From Eledone cirrhosa (lineage: Eukaryota), in NCBI GenBank assembly GCA_964016885.1, contig OZ024741.1, positions 400,148,001-400,212,000 of the forward strand: a DNA stretch of 64,000 nucleotides. The letters are read 5' to 3'. The position numbers and the translations under genes were made by a program. Numbering within the stretch: the first letter of the stretch is position 1; every line of letters begins with the position of its first letter. This document shows, in pieces, positions 12,059 to 24,329 of this stretch. Below the pieces are notes generated by a model. It searched no databases. It had not been told where the DNA came from and saw nothing but the letters and a program-made list of their open reading frames with translations.

Positions 12059-12139
12059 CATGCATATACACATATACACACATACACAACCACGCACACA
12101 CACATGCATACGCATACACACACGTATATGCGTGTGTGT

Positions 12140-12417
12140 ATGTAAAACTCAATCTTAGATAAATCATAAGGACCTTACATATACGTATATATAGTAGTAA
12201 AGTATTAAAGCAACATAAGGCAATTATTCCATTTACCAAGGGTTTCTTAAAAGCAAAAAAATGTTCCTACAATCTTCAGAATGAGAGAAACCTGGCTTAT
12301 CCACACATACACATATATACACACACACACAAATACATACATATATAAATACATACACACAGGCACACACACACATACGTATAAACATATATACATACAC
12401 ACATACACACACATATC

Positions 12418-12449
<32 letters not shown>

Positions 12450-12922
12450 CATATATACACACACAATATACACACACATACACATAGGTATGTGGAGGGC
12501 AAGGCAAAAAGAATATATGTGGGGGGGGGGGGGGGGGGCATAGGAGAAGGTAAAATATAAGGGGAGGTAAGGGAGAAAAAAATATATAATAAATGTAAGT
12601 ATACAAGAGTACAGAACGTAGAAACAGTAAAATAAAAACCGTAGCAGAAGTAAAGAGCGGGAGAGGAGTTCAAGGCGGTTGATTTCTCATAGGAGTGTCA
12701 ATCCAGTTACAGATCAGGTGCGGTCTCAGATGAGGACAGCATCTGAAGATCTCAATCTTTGAATTAAGGCAAGCGGAAGTGTCTCTCAAGTTTAGCAAAA
12801 TCCTATACTTTTCTGTGGTACACAAAGAACAATTCTTTGTGCCCCTTTGGTACTCCCTCGAATGGTCTAATATAGACCAATCAATAGAGTACGGGATGTT
12901 ACTATCCTTGAGTTCCCACACC
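12140..12922 (-). mobile_element. Penelope-like 3' fragment: GIY-YIG C-terminus, UTR and HHR (12227-12285)
   Basis: [38 protein letters not shown] matches the C-termini of the two Naiad-type ORFs. The HHR reads ctcatt CTGAAGA..GAAA cccttgg TA aatgg and is related to 9330-9388. Confidence 0.85.
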
Positions 12923-12964
12923 ATATATATATATATATAAATATATATAAATATATATATATAC

Positions 12965-13035
<71 letters not shown>

Positions 13036-13036
<1 letters not shown>

Positions 13037-13237
13037 GGTTGTTTACTTGTCTCGCCCGCTTTACGCGATTTACTTGTCCCAATAGCTTTATTTAGCTATT
13101 GCTCGCACCAACCGGAGGTATATGATTTTTAAAGCGATGAAATACCAATGAAGGTAGAAAAATCAGTGACGAAGGACTATTTTTATCATATGTAACCCAT
13201 GTGCAACCACGCAGTATTCTTTCTTCTCATGTTTTTT
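13036..13237 (+). mobile_element. Diverged homologue of the 10431/11127 repeat, in (TA)n
   Basis: Shares gtcccaa..tcgcaccaacc..taaagcgatgaaat..gaaggact..catatgta.cccat.tgcaac. Confidence 0.75.
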
Positions 13238-13259
13238 ATATATATATATACACATATAT

Positions 13260-13352
<93 letters not shown>

Positions 13353-13759
13353 CATACACACACATATACATATATATATAAAACTATATATACACATACA
13401 TATATATACATACATATATGGTGGCTGCCAACTCGTTTTCGAGTACGGCCACTACTTTATATCCATGTAGGAGAACCCCTACGGATGCGCTGAACGAGTG
13501 TGACTTTTTAGTCCAGCCAGCGATTTGAAAACTCTGGTACAAACACTACACTTTTGACAATTATTGACACATAGTGCTGGGCCCATGGTACCATCTGACG
13601 ACAAGTGCAGAGAGATCTCCAGATATAAAGCAATGCCTGTGCCGTGAAGCTTTTATAGTGAGCAAAGGCACTGCACAAAGCCAGTCCCACTCTCTTAAAC
13701 AAGATGATATGTACCAAAAAGAAGAACAAGTCTACATCATTGGATACCATCAGGGTTGC

Positions 13760-14030
13760 AGGTGTTATATCAGAGTTTTCCTTCTCCTAGAATTCTGCCT
13801 TGACAAAGGCTAAGGGGTCATCTCTCCCGGTGATTTTGGATGGCCATTGACTCTTAAGAGCTCCTTTGCCCTTTGACAGGTTTTGTTTTTAGTCCTGCAG
13901 GATGTCCAAAGTCACCCTCCTCACCAAGAAACCTTGGTGGGGTTGCCAGTTTAGTCGCCAACGACCCGACCATGAGACAGGTTGTACTGGGATATATGTT
14001 ACCAGTAGCACCAACTGGTGACCTGACATA
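13760..14030 (-). mobile_element. Probable 5' UTR fragment of an RTE/RTEX-like LINE; related copy at about 30380-30470
   Basis: Shares ccagtttagt..caggttgtactggg..accag.agca..cctgac with 30382-30467. The family assignment is from recalled similarity only. Confidence 0.4.
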
Positions 14031-14047
14031 ATATATATATACATACA

Positions 14048-14083
<36 letters not shown>

Positions 14084-14146
14084 TATACATACATATATAC
14101 ATACATATATATATATACATACATACATACATATATATATATATGT

Positions 14147-14561
14147 AAAAGTTCAATTTAAATTGTTGGGATACAACAAGCAAATATTTTTATAACTGAT
14201 ATAAAGCACTCAACAAATAATTGGAGTAAAAATACGATTTTAACAAATGGAAACTATATTTAGAAAACAATATTTATTTCATTATACATATTTCAAGGAC
14301 ACCAAATTAAATTATGGTGTGCTTTCATCAGATAAAATATAATATATAATATAATATAGAGCAGTTTTATAAATAAATATTGACATACCCTTAAAGTAGC
14401 AATGGTTGCATTCTTTAAGTGTATGTCAATATTTATTTATAAAACTGCTCTATATTATATTTTATCTGATGAAAGCACACCATAATTTAACTTGGTGTCC
14501 TTGAAATATGTATAATGAAATAAATATGGTTTTATAAATCTAGTTTCCATTTGTTAATATC

Positions 14562-14563
<2 letters not shown>
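14147..14563. mobile_element. Penelope-like family X inverted pair with two hammerheads (14277-14337 -, 14460-14520 +)
   Basis: Reads ttttat CTGATGA aagcacacca..tggtgtcctt GAAA tatgta TA atgaaa, then AATAAA. The tail with TGTTGAGTGC is on the - arm only. Confidence 0.88.
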
Positions 14564-14598
<35 letters not shown>

Positions 14599-16368
14599 GG
14601 AGGTGAGTTTTATTGTAGTACAATAAAGCAATGCAGATATCGGATAAGAAGCACTCTACAGTTTGTGGGACTGGAGTAAGCATAATATAAGATCAAAAGA
14701 TGGTTAAAGGAGTTCCATATATTTTATTATGCGCATTTCAAAAACAAACATCATCAAGCAATAATATTTGTGTTTTCATCAGATAAAACAGGAGAACATG
14801 ATATGAAGGCAAAAAAACACTTGTGGATAGTGCAGTTTTAAATCAACATATGAAAAGTGGTTTTAGATTGATGTGTGATATTGGGAAAAATATTTTATTT
14901 AGAGAGGGGGGGGAGGATGAAAAGGGAAGGAGATGAGAGGGAGAGATGGGTGATAGAGAGAAAGAGATAGTTTTTATAACTGAGAGGAGATATATTTTTT
15001 ACATAGAGAGGTTGAAAACCGTTGGAAGATACTGTATAAATTAAAAATTTTGAAAATTAACGAAGGGAGGATATGTGCGAGGAAAATATATTTTATTTAG
15101 GGAGGGGGGGGGAAGGATGAAAAAAAGGGGGAGGAGATGAGAGTGAAGGTGGAGAGGGAGAGATGGGTGATAGAGAGAAAGAGATAGCTTTTATAACCGA
15201 GAAAAAGATATATTGTTTTAATATAGAGAGGTTGGGAACCGTTGGAAGATAATGTATAAATTAAAGGAATTTGAAAATTAACGAAGGGAAATTATGTATG
15301 AAGATAGAGAGAAAAAAATAATAATTGTGGGTGAATATTCTAACGTCAAAAGAAGAAATGTATGTATTGTGGCAATTTCAAAATTAGCGAAGAGAAAAAT
15401 TGTTAAGGTTTGTGTGTAGAAGGATTTGAGAAAAATAATGTGAAGTTAAAGTTTGTATATTGATTGAATTGATAATATGTGCGAATAAAGAGTTAATATG
15501 TATTAATAATGAGTTCGTTGATGGGGAGAAAAAAATAATAATAATAAATTAAGGATGAAATTGAGATTAAAAAGATTTATGATAGAGAGAAAAAATAATA
15601 GTGATTGCGGATGAATATTGTAAAATCATAACAAATGTTATGATTTTACGAGAAGATAGAATGAGGGTAATGAGTAAACGAGTATTATAGAGTGTATAAT
15701 GCCCTTTAAAGTAAGGTAGATGGGTATATTTTAAAGAGGTGTATGTATATGTGCCTTTGAGAAAAGATTCTAAATTGATAAAGAATTGAATATTAACTGT
15801 ATACTTTGTGAAAAGTTCTATGGAATTTATGCAGGCAGATAGAAAACAAATCTGAGCGTCTATTTATTATAGAATCTAGGTTAGAGATAATGGTAAATTT
15901 TTCATTTAGGCAGAGATTACAGATTTTAGATAGAGAGCTGTTCAAGTATGAGGATGCAGAAGAAATCTTCTTCCAAAAGATGGTATATTTAATGTTTTTG
16001 TCTTTTAAGGACCATATGAGTTCTGAGAGAGCAGTGTTAGTTCTTTTAAGTTTGTATTTGAAAGATGAATGATGATTATAGAGACGAGCTTTAAAAGAGG
16101 TGGAAGTGGAGCCAAAATAGGTGAAGGAATTGGTGCTAGTTATAATTTTACATTCATAAATTAAGTTTTTATCGAGGCAATGGTTGTTGAGAGGACATTT
16201 ATTTTTAATGCGGCAGTTGCAATTAGAGAGATTATTAATGAGTGATCTAGTGTTATCTATAGAAGGAATTGGATTGGAGAAGTTGTTTGCGATAGGAATA
16301 ATAGGAATAATAGTTTCTTGATTTAGATTTGGATTATGAACATTTAGCGAAGTTGTGTTTGACGTTGC

Positions 16369-17712
16369 GGTGGAATTTATCGTGACGATGGACTCTTTAC
16401 TATCCTAAATTGCAATATAGTTAAACTTAATATTATTAAGAACAATATACGTAATCTCTTTAACCAACATAACCTAAAAATTGAATTTGATAATAGTATC
16501 AAACTAGCTAATTTCTTGGATGTATCTCTTAATCTTGACACTGGCCTATATTACCCTTACCATAAAAACAATGAGAACCTTAATTATGTTAACTTTAAAT
16601 CTAACCATCCTACCAATATCAAGAATGCTATAGTTAATAATATTGGAAATAGAATATCTAACATATCTTCTAATAAAAACATCTTTGATGCTAACGCCAA
16701 TTACTATAATAACGCACTTTCTAAAGCCGGCTATCCAGATAAAATCAAATATAATAAAGAAACAAATTCTAGAAAAACTTACAGTAGAATAATTAATCAT
16801 GACCATTCCAATAATTTTAATAAAAGACCTAGATACAAAAACATAATCTGGTATAATGCTCCTTTCTCCATCTCTATTAATAACAATATTCCTAAATTAT
16901 TTTTTAGTGCCTTAAATAAATGCTTCCCTCCCTCACATATCTATAGTAAAATATTTAACAAACACACCATCAAATTTTCGTATTCTACATCCTCCAATAT
17001 TTCCAACATCATCTCTAAACACAACAACAAAATATTAAATACTAAATCTCTTCCTTCCAATATTGAATTTCATAATAACAGTAATAGTACTCCCGACGTC
17101 ATTGTAAACCCTAGGCTAACTTCTGTAAACCCAAATACAACGTCAAACACAACTTCGCTAAATGTTCATAATCCAAATCTAAATCAAGAAACTATTATTC
17201 CTATTATTCCTATCGCAAACAACTTCTCCAATCCAATTCCTTCTATAGATAACACTAGATCACTCATTAATAATCTCTCTAATTGCAACTGCCGCATTAA
17301 AAATAAATGTCCTCTCAACAACCATTGCCTCGATAAAAACTTAATTTATGAATGTAAAATTATAACTAGCACCAATTCCTTCACCTATTTTGGCTCCACT
17401 TCCACCTCTTTTAAAGTTCGTCTCTATAATCATCATTCATCTTTCAAATACAAACTTAAAAGAACTAACACTGCTCTCTCAGAACTCATATGGTCCTTAA
17501 AAGACAAAAACATTAAATATACCATCTTTTGGAAGAAGATTTCTTCTGCATCCTCATACTTGAACAGCTCTCTATCTAAAATCTGTAATCTCTGCCTAAA
17601 TGAAAAATTTACCATTATCTCTAACCTAGATTCTATAATAAATAGACGCTCAGATTTGTTTTCTATCTGCCTGCATAAATTCCATAGAACTTTTCACAAA
17701 GTATACAGTTAA
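16369..17712 (+). CDS. Penelope-like RT C-terminal half and GIY-YIG endonuclease, 5'-truncated
   Basis: The frame opens at GGIYRDDGL, upstream of the listed ORF. Motifs FLDVSLNL, WYNAPF, CNC-x5-CPLNNHC, NLIY..TYFG and CNLCLNEK are present. Confidence 0.92.
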   Translation, partial: GGIYRDDGLFTILNCNIVKLNIIKNNIRNLFNQHNLKIEFDNSIKLANFLDVSLNLDTGLYYPYHKNNENLNYVNFKSNHPTNIKNAIVNNIGNRISNISSNKNIFDANANYYNNALSKAGYPDKIKYNKETNSRKTYSRIINHDHSNNFNKRPRYKNIIWYNAPFSISINNNIPKLFFSALNKCFPPSHIYSKIFNKHTIKFSYSTSSNISNIISKHNNKILNTKSLPSNIEFHNNSNSTPDVIVNPRLTSVNPNTTSNTTSLNVHNPNLNQETIIPIIPIANNFSNPIPSIDNTRSLINNLSNCNCRIKNKCPLNNHCLDKNLIYECKIITSTNSFTYFGSTSTSFKVRLYNHHSSFKYKLKRTNTALSELIWSLKDKNIKYTIFWKKISSASSYLNSSLSKICNLCLNEKFTIISNLDSIINRRSDLFSICLHKFHRTFHKVYS

Positions 17713-18717
17713 TATTCAATTCTTTATCAATTTAGAATCTTTTCTCAAAGGCACATATACATACACCTCTTTAAAATATACCCATCTACCTTACTTTAAA
17801 GGGCATTATACACTCTATAATACTCGTTTACTCATTACCCTCATTCTATCTTCTCGTAAAATCATAACATTTGTTATGATTTTACAATATTCATCCGCAA
17901 TCACTATTATTTTTTCTCTCTATCATAAATCTTTTTAATCTCAATTTCATCCTTAATTTATTATTATTATTTTTTTCTCCCCATCAACGAACTCATTATT
18001 AATACATATTAACTCTTTATTCGCACATATTATCAATTCAATCAATATACAAACTTTAACTTCACATTATTTTTCTCAAATCCTTCTACACACAAACCTT
18101 AACAATTTTTCTCTTCGCTAATTTTGAAATTGCCACAATACATACATTTCTTCTTTTGACGTTAGAATATTCACCCACAATTATTATTTTTTTCTCTCTA
18201 TCTTCATACATAATTTCCCTTCGTTCATTTTCAAATTCCTTTAATTTATACATTATCTTCCAACGGTTCCCAACCTCTCTATATTAAAACAATATATCTT
18301 TTTCTCGGTTATAAAAGCTATCTCTTTCTCTCTATCACCCATCTCTCCCTCTCCACCTTCACTCTCATCTCCTCCCCCTTTTTTTCATCCTTTCCACCCC
18401 CCCTCCCTAAATAAAATATATTTTCCTCGCACATATCCTCCCTTCGTTAATTTTCAAAATTTTTAATTTATACAGTATCTTCCAACGGTTTTCAACCTCT
18501 CTATGTAAAAATATATCTCCTCTCAGTTATAAAAACTATCTCTTTCTCTCTATCACCCATCTCTCCCTCTCATCTCCTTCCCTTTTCATCCTTCCCCCCC
18601 TCTCTAAATAAAATATTTTTCCCAATATCACACATCAATCTAAAACCACTTTTCATATGTTGATTTAAAACTGCACTATCCACAAGTATTTTTTAGCCTT
18701 CATATCATGTTCTCCTG

Positions 18718-18784
18718 TTTTATCTGATGAAAACACAAATATTATTGCTTGATGATGTTTGTTTTTGAAATGCGCATAATAAAA
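18718..18784 (+). ncRNA. Type I hammerhead ribozyme (inverted twin at 14722-14788 -)
   Basis: Reads ttttat CTGATGA aaacacaaat..tgtttgttttt GAAA tgcgca TA ataaaa. Confidence 0.88.
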
Positions 18785-18816
18785 TATATGGAACTCCTTT
18801 AACCATCTTTTGATCT

Positions 18817-18891
<75 letters not shown>

Positions 18892-18892
<1 letters not shown>

Positions 18893-19560
18893 GATATATT
18901 AACAAATGGAAACTATATTTAGAAAACCATATTTATTTCATTATACATATTTCAAGGACACCAAGTTAAATTATGGTGTGCTTTCATCAGATAAAATATA
19001 ATATAGATAAGTTTTATAAATAAATATTGACATGCCCTTAAAGAATGCAACCATTTCTGTTGGAAGCTCCCGGATAGTGGGGTTATAAATTTATTTATAC
19101 TATTATGCAAATTAGTGTCGGATATTTTAAAATCACAGTAGATTTAAAATAAGCCGTTGGGGTATGGAGAGAGGGAAAGAGAAAAAAGAAAAAAAGAAAA
19201 AAGCAGCTTTAAGAGGAAAATAAGAAAACGAGAAAAAGAGAAAGAGAGAAAGAGAAGAAAAAAGAAAAGAGAAAAGAGAAAGTCCTAAGTGATAGGTTGT
19301 TGTATTAGCATAACTTTTAAGATGAAGGAAAAAATAAATATTTTTGGATGAGTAAAGTAAATAAGTAAATAAGCGTGAATGGAAAATACTCGTGAATAGA
19401 AAATGAATTTTAACCAGTGATTAAATATGATTAAATGTTTAGTTTATCAATTAAATTATCCATCAAATTATTGAGATCTATACATTAAAAGTTGAGATCT
19501 ATATATTATTAAAAATCTATATATTATTAAAACCCATATATTATTAAAAGAATATATTCA
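18892..19560 (-). mobile_element. Penelope-like family X 3' region with HHR (18936-18996)
   Basis: Near-identical to the reverse complement of 14401-14563 and extends into a CT-rich UTR. Confidence 0.8.
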
Positions 19561-20039
19561 TATATATACGTACGCACACATACATATAAATATATATATA
19601 CTTACACATACCATACACATAGATAAAGGACTTTTTATGTATAAGATATAGGAATTTTCTTAAACTTATATATTTTTCTGAGAAACCAGAGAAAAACATT
19701 TCTATGTAATAGCAAAACAGAGTGAAGGAAATTAAGTTATTTATCTATATTAAATGTTATAAATGTCAAGATAACAAAGGAAATTTAAGATTATAGAAAC
19801 TTTATCTTATAATACAAACCTTATATTATAAATTTTATATTTAGTAAATCCACCTGTTATGTAGTTGTGACTGTTATTATATAAGTTTGTTTATCACGAA
19901 CCTTAAGGAAACCCTTATAATCTAGTGCATTTGAATTGTATGCATATATATATATATATATATATACACACAACTCGCACATATATACACATAGACATAG
20001 ATACACATACAGGTAAATATGGATCATATATCTATCTGT

Positions 20040-20632
20040 ATACGCCACCACAACAGCCAGTGGGGAGAGAGAATGCATTCGTGCAGGTGGCCGAAGAAGT
20101 CTGGGTTAAGCCCCCAGATGCACGTTGCACATCTCAATGGGGAAGGGGAATGGTGACGGCCGTAAATTCCCAGAACAATGTGTCCGTGGACGGAGTACCA
20201 CGTCATGTCCTGGATGTCCGTAGAATCACTGTGCCAACGGACTCCGAGGAAGAGGAAACTCAAAGTGCCGCCCCAACACTGCGGAGATCGCAAAGAAGTC
20301 GCAAACCACCAACCTGGACAGCAGACTTTCATATGCAGAAGGACGAGGGGGAAATTGATCCTTGAGATCAGGGGGACGTGTGGGTATGGTGTGGTGTGCG
20401 GTGGCCGGAAGCTGGGGAGTGCTCGACCGGAAGAGTGCTTGACCGGAAGGGTGCTTGGCCGGAAGGGCCAGCAGATCGGTCTCTCTCTAGTGGTGACCAG
20501 GAACGGTGTGGATGTGAGTTTGGCAGCTCCCGGGTGTTAATGAGTTGGACGCACGTGGAAGAGGAGAAATCAGCCATGGGATTTAGCGGCGCCTACGAAA
20601 AGCGGTAAGTGAGATAGCTTTTTCTAACCACA
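20040..20632 (+). mobile_element. Gypsy-like LTR retrotransposon 3' end: integrase C-terminus, polypurine tract, 3' LTR (20379-20632)
   Basis: VWVKPPDARCTSQWGRGMVTAVNSQNNVSVDGVPRHVLDVRR..LRRSQR. A purine tract AGGGGGA precedes TGTGG...CCACA termini. Confidence 0.75.
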
Positions 20633-20691
20633 ATATAGACGCCAATGTTGTCACACCTTGGTCATGAATTCGTATTCTTTTCCAATAGATA

Positions 20692-20948
20692 CCGTATTTT
20701 CCGCTCTATAAGGCTCACCGGGATATAAGGCGTATCATTTAAAATCAGGTCCGCGCAACGGCGTGTAAGACCAACCAGGAAAATGCTAACTTCTTTACTT
20801 TTAGTCTAGATCTATTACTTCTGTTAGAGCCGTTATTGATTACCATTGTATTATTTATACATAAGGCTCACCGGAGTATAAAGCGCAGAGCTGTTTTTTT
20901 AATGAAATTTAGGTATTTTAAGTGCACTTTATAGGCCGGAAAATTCGG
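20692..20948. mobile_element. pogo/Tc2-type MITE
   Basis: TA|CCGTATTTTCCG..TATAAG ... TTATAGGCCGGAAAATTCGG|TA gives terminal inverted repeats and a TA target duplication. Confidence 0.8.
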
Positions 20949-21072
20949 TAAGTTATTATAATCATATTTCCAAACCTTCCCATTCACCAGTAACCATGCT
21001 AACGAATCTGGTGTCACCTCTCACTGTACTTAATCACCCCTCTCTAACCTAACAGCTTCGTTACACGTCGTT

Positions 21073-22062
21073 ATGCCCACACGGAAACGTTCAAGACTTA
21101 CCTCCAAAAAAGATACAGTTACTGCTTTGAGACAACGAATTAGGCGTTCTCAGGTATGAGTTCATTCACAATTGGTTAATCCTTTATGCAATATTCTCCC
21201 TTAATGTTAGCAAGTAGTGCGTTTATCCTAACTGTCACCACGTTTATCCTAACTGTCACCACTTATCCTAACTGTCACCACGTTTATCCTAACTGTCACC
21301 ACTTTTAAGCAACTACAACATTCTAATCGTAGTTATATTAAATTTATTGTCTTACCTTGATTCCCTTTTGTTCATGTTACACTTTTCTCATTTACGGTGC
21401 CTTTGGCTTAACTAACCAGTAGTTAACTTTCTCTAGGAAACACCTGTTGAGCGCGAATCTCGACTCGCTGATAGACGTCTATCTCGGCTGGTTGAGTCAC
21501 CAACATCCCGTACGACAAGGCTTGCTGATGTTCGCCTTCGTCGCCAACCAGCGTTGGCGGAGGAATCACCAACATCCCGTATGACGCAGCTTGTTGGTGT
21601 TCGCCTTCGTCGCCAACCAGTGTTGGCGGAGGAGTCACCAACATCCCGTCAGATGAGGCTTGCTGGGGTTCGCCTTCGTCGTCAACAAGCGCTTGCAGAG
21701 GAGTTCACGGCAGACATACAACAGGCTTGCTGCTAAGCGTTCCCGGCATACGTTAGCTACTGCTGCCAAGAGCTCAGGCTGGGTAAAAGCAGCCTTCAGA
21801 TATAACCCCTCTGAGGATTACGGACTTCTGCCTACAGTTTCCATTGGCAAAATGGATAATGTCTGTACATCCTGCAAGGCAATGAAGTGGCCAGGCGAGG
21901 CGCCTTATATGTGTTGTGCAGGAGGTAAGGTGAAACTAGAGGCATTGGCTGACCCGCCAGACGTTCTTCTGAATCTACTTACAGGTGACGACACTACGGC
22001 TACAACGTTCCGCCGTAACATGTGGAAATACAACTCCTGTTTCATGATGACCTCCTTTGGTG
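21073..22062 (+). pseudogene. Spliced Helitron Rep-Hel N-terminus with 23-aa STPR-like repeats; frameshift near 21705
   Basis: Exon 21073-21153 (MPTRKRSRL..RSQ), a GT..AG intron at 21154-21436 with an ACTAAC branch site, then in-frame ETPVERESRLAD..(EESPTSR..RLA.VRLRRQ.ALA) about 3 times. Confidence 0.75.
21222..21302. repeat. ~20-bp minisatellite x4 (ttatcctaactgtcaccac) inside the Helitron intron
   Basis: Four tandem copies are visible. Confidence 0.9.
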
Positions 22063-22231
22063 TAGACAATAACAACAGCGTGAACCCCAACAATGCACGG
22101 GAAGTAACTTTCACACATTTTAACAGAGCAATGGTCGACTTACACCCGGGCAACGCCAGGTACTTCTACTAGTGTATCAATATGAGTTAGTAACTCTGTA
22201 TTTTATTTGTATATATATGTATATATATATA

Positions 22232-22293
22232 TTTATTACAATAAGAGATTAAAGTTTAAGCAAAGAATCGCTGCTTTCACCCTTAACGGTTCT
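22232..22293 (-). mobile_element. Tiny 3'-terminal fragment of the 5821-8331 Penelope-like family
   Basis: Matches 5821-5878 and sits next to (TA)n. Confidence 0.8.
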
Positions 22294-22977
22294 TATATAT
22301 TTGATATATATTTATCCTTATCGAGCCCTCTTTGGATTTTAGTCTTCAAATTTATTATTATTACTATATATATATATATATAAATTTAATTCTATGTGTA
22401 CTTATATCTAAATTGCTATGAATTAAGGTTTTGTCTCTCATCTGTTACTCCACTGGACAGTGTTTGGCTTGTATGAGGACCGACAGGACCAGCAGTCCTG
22501 TTGGTAGGGGTTAAAACTGCCAAAGTCCATCCCAACGGCCAATGACCCTGGAGTTCTGAGTCCTTCTAGCATCACTCCTTCATATTCAGTCAATGAACCT
22601 TTCAGCTCACCCATGTAGAAACTAAACCTTTTTTATGTAATGTTCTTGATATGTTGTTATTATGACAAATTGTCAGAGATTGTATGGCAGTTTGAGGACT
22701 TTAAATGTGACCTGTATAGAGTTGGGTATAGGGCAAAGCTGTTGATAGTATCTGTAGTGATTGTCTCTTAATACTGTTGAAGTGATTTAGGTGACAGTGC
22801 TCCTATTGAAGGATGTTTATTATATTTTTGTTTATAGACGTTGTGTAACTGTGGTGTGAGCTTTCACCACAGTATCAAAGTTGAAGGAAAAGTGAGGAGG
22901 TGGAGGAGGAGGAGGAGGAGAAGAAGTATATAATCAATGTAGATAGAAGAATATGAAAGACGCAACCAAAACTTTAA

Positions 22978-23198
22978 CCGTTTAGCATTTAAACCGGCTG
23001 TACACAGCCAGGATTCTCCCACCTCTTTCTGTTCAAACCAGCTTTAACTGGCTACTAATACTTATGTTAAGGTATTGTTCTCAAAATAAATAATATCAAG
23101 ATCTCATAGATTCGATATTATGTGCAATAATTATGTGAGGTAAAGCCTTTACCACAAATATACAATAGTAATTATAGAGTAATGTAAATGCTAAAGGA
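22978..23198. mobile_element. piggyBac-type MITE
   Basis: TTAA|CCGTTTAGCATTTA ... TAAATGCTAAAGGA|TTAA. A second copy is at 29414-29625. Confidence 0.8.
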
Positions 23199-23247
23199 TT
23201 AAGAAACTCGAGAGCTGATCTGATAGAATGTGTGTTAGAGAGAACCA

Positions 23248-24115
23248 TAATAATTGTTTCTACTTTTGGCACAAGGCCAGCAATTACCCAGTTCATTACT
23301 GGTACTTTATTTTATCGACCCCGTAAGGATGAAAGGCAAAGTTAACCTCGGGGGTATTTGAACTCAGACCATAAAGGACTATGCTGGAAAGCATGGCGTC
23401 CGACCGTCTACCGATACTGCCAATCCCCCGCCTGGTTTCTTATATAGGCACAATGCCAACAATTTGGGGGGGAGGAGAAAGTCAATTAATTCGACCCCAG
23501 TGCGTGACTGGTACTTTATTTTATCGACCCCGTAAGGATGAAAGGCAAAGTTAACCTCAGGGGTATTTGAACGCAGACCATAAAGGGACGTAATTATCCT
23601 GGAAAGCATAGCGTCCGATCCTCTACTGATACTGTCAATTCACCACCAATTAATAATGATAATAATGGTTTCTGATTAAGTCACAAGGCCAACAATTTGG
23701 GGAGAGGGTATAATTGATTAAATCTACTCCAGTGCACTTTTAAAAGTTTGTCTCAAGCCCAGAACCTCGAGAGTACAAGACTTCCCCTGGACAGGATGCC
23801 AGTCCATTACAGGGTTAAACCCCCAGCTAAATATACTGGAGCAACGTGAAATAAAATCTTTTGCTTAAGAACACAATACAGAATCCAGCCCAGGAATTGA
23901 ACCCATGATATTATGATCATGTCTAATACCCTTACCACTAGGCCACATACCTCCAGAGGAGGATAAAGTCAATTATATCAATCCCAGTGCATTACTGGTA
24001 CTTTATTTTATCGACCCCTCAACGGGATTTGAACTCAGAATGTATAAGGGACATTACTATATACCACAAAGCATGTTGTTCGATGCTCTTCTGATTACTG
24101 TTAATCCACTGCCAT
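23248..24115 (-). mobile_element. Cluster of tRNA-derived SINEs (about 23250-23430, 23433-23648, 23665-23735, 23760-23955, 23958-24115)
   Basis: Repeated core gttcaaat..gaggttaactttgcctttcatcc..ggggtcgataaaataaagtaccag..ggccttgtgcc. 23760-23955 is a different SINE with A box tggcctagtgg and B box ggttcaattcc. Confidence 0.8.
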
Positions 24116-24269
24116 ATTAATGCACACAGTGATGGAGCTGTCTGAAGGAAACATCTATCATTAGAAATGATTTGATAGAGACCATAAGTAGGTAACTTTT
24201 CTGGGAGGATCTTAGAATCCATTCCAATCCAATTCATGCTGTGGTCTCAGGCTCAACTTGTCTCATAAT

Positions 24270-24321
24270 GTGACAACCTGTCTAACCCATGCAGGTATGG
24301 AAAATAGACATTGATGATGAT
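24270..24321 (+). mobile_element. RTE-type 3' tail fragment
   Basis: gtctaacccatgc..atggaaaatagac..(gat)n, as at the RTE ends. Confidence 0.65.
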
Positions 24322-24329
24322 TAGTCATC

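Larger units (their letters stand above)
14596..18822. mobile_element. Naiad-type Penelope-like insertion of two head-to-head copies (- copy 14596-16367, + copy 16369-18822)
   Basis: 14682-16367 is a near-identical reverse complement of 17138-18822. Both ends lie in (TA)n. Confidence 0.95.
20960..22172 (+). mobile_element. Internally deleted Helitron (5' boundary uncertain)
   Basis: Helitron N-terminal zinc-finger region (CTSCKAMKWPGE..CCAGGKVKL..YNSCFMMTSFG). The 3' hairpin cccgggcaacgccagg is followed by CTAG|T at 22169-22173. Confidence 0.88.
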
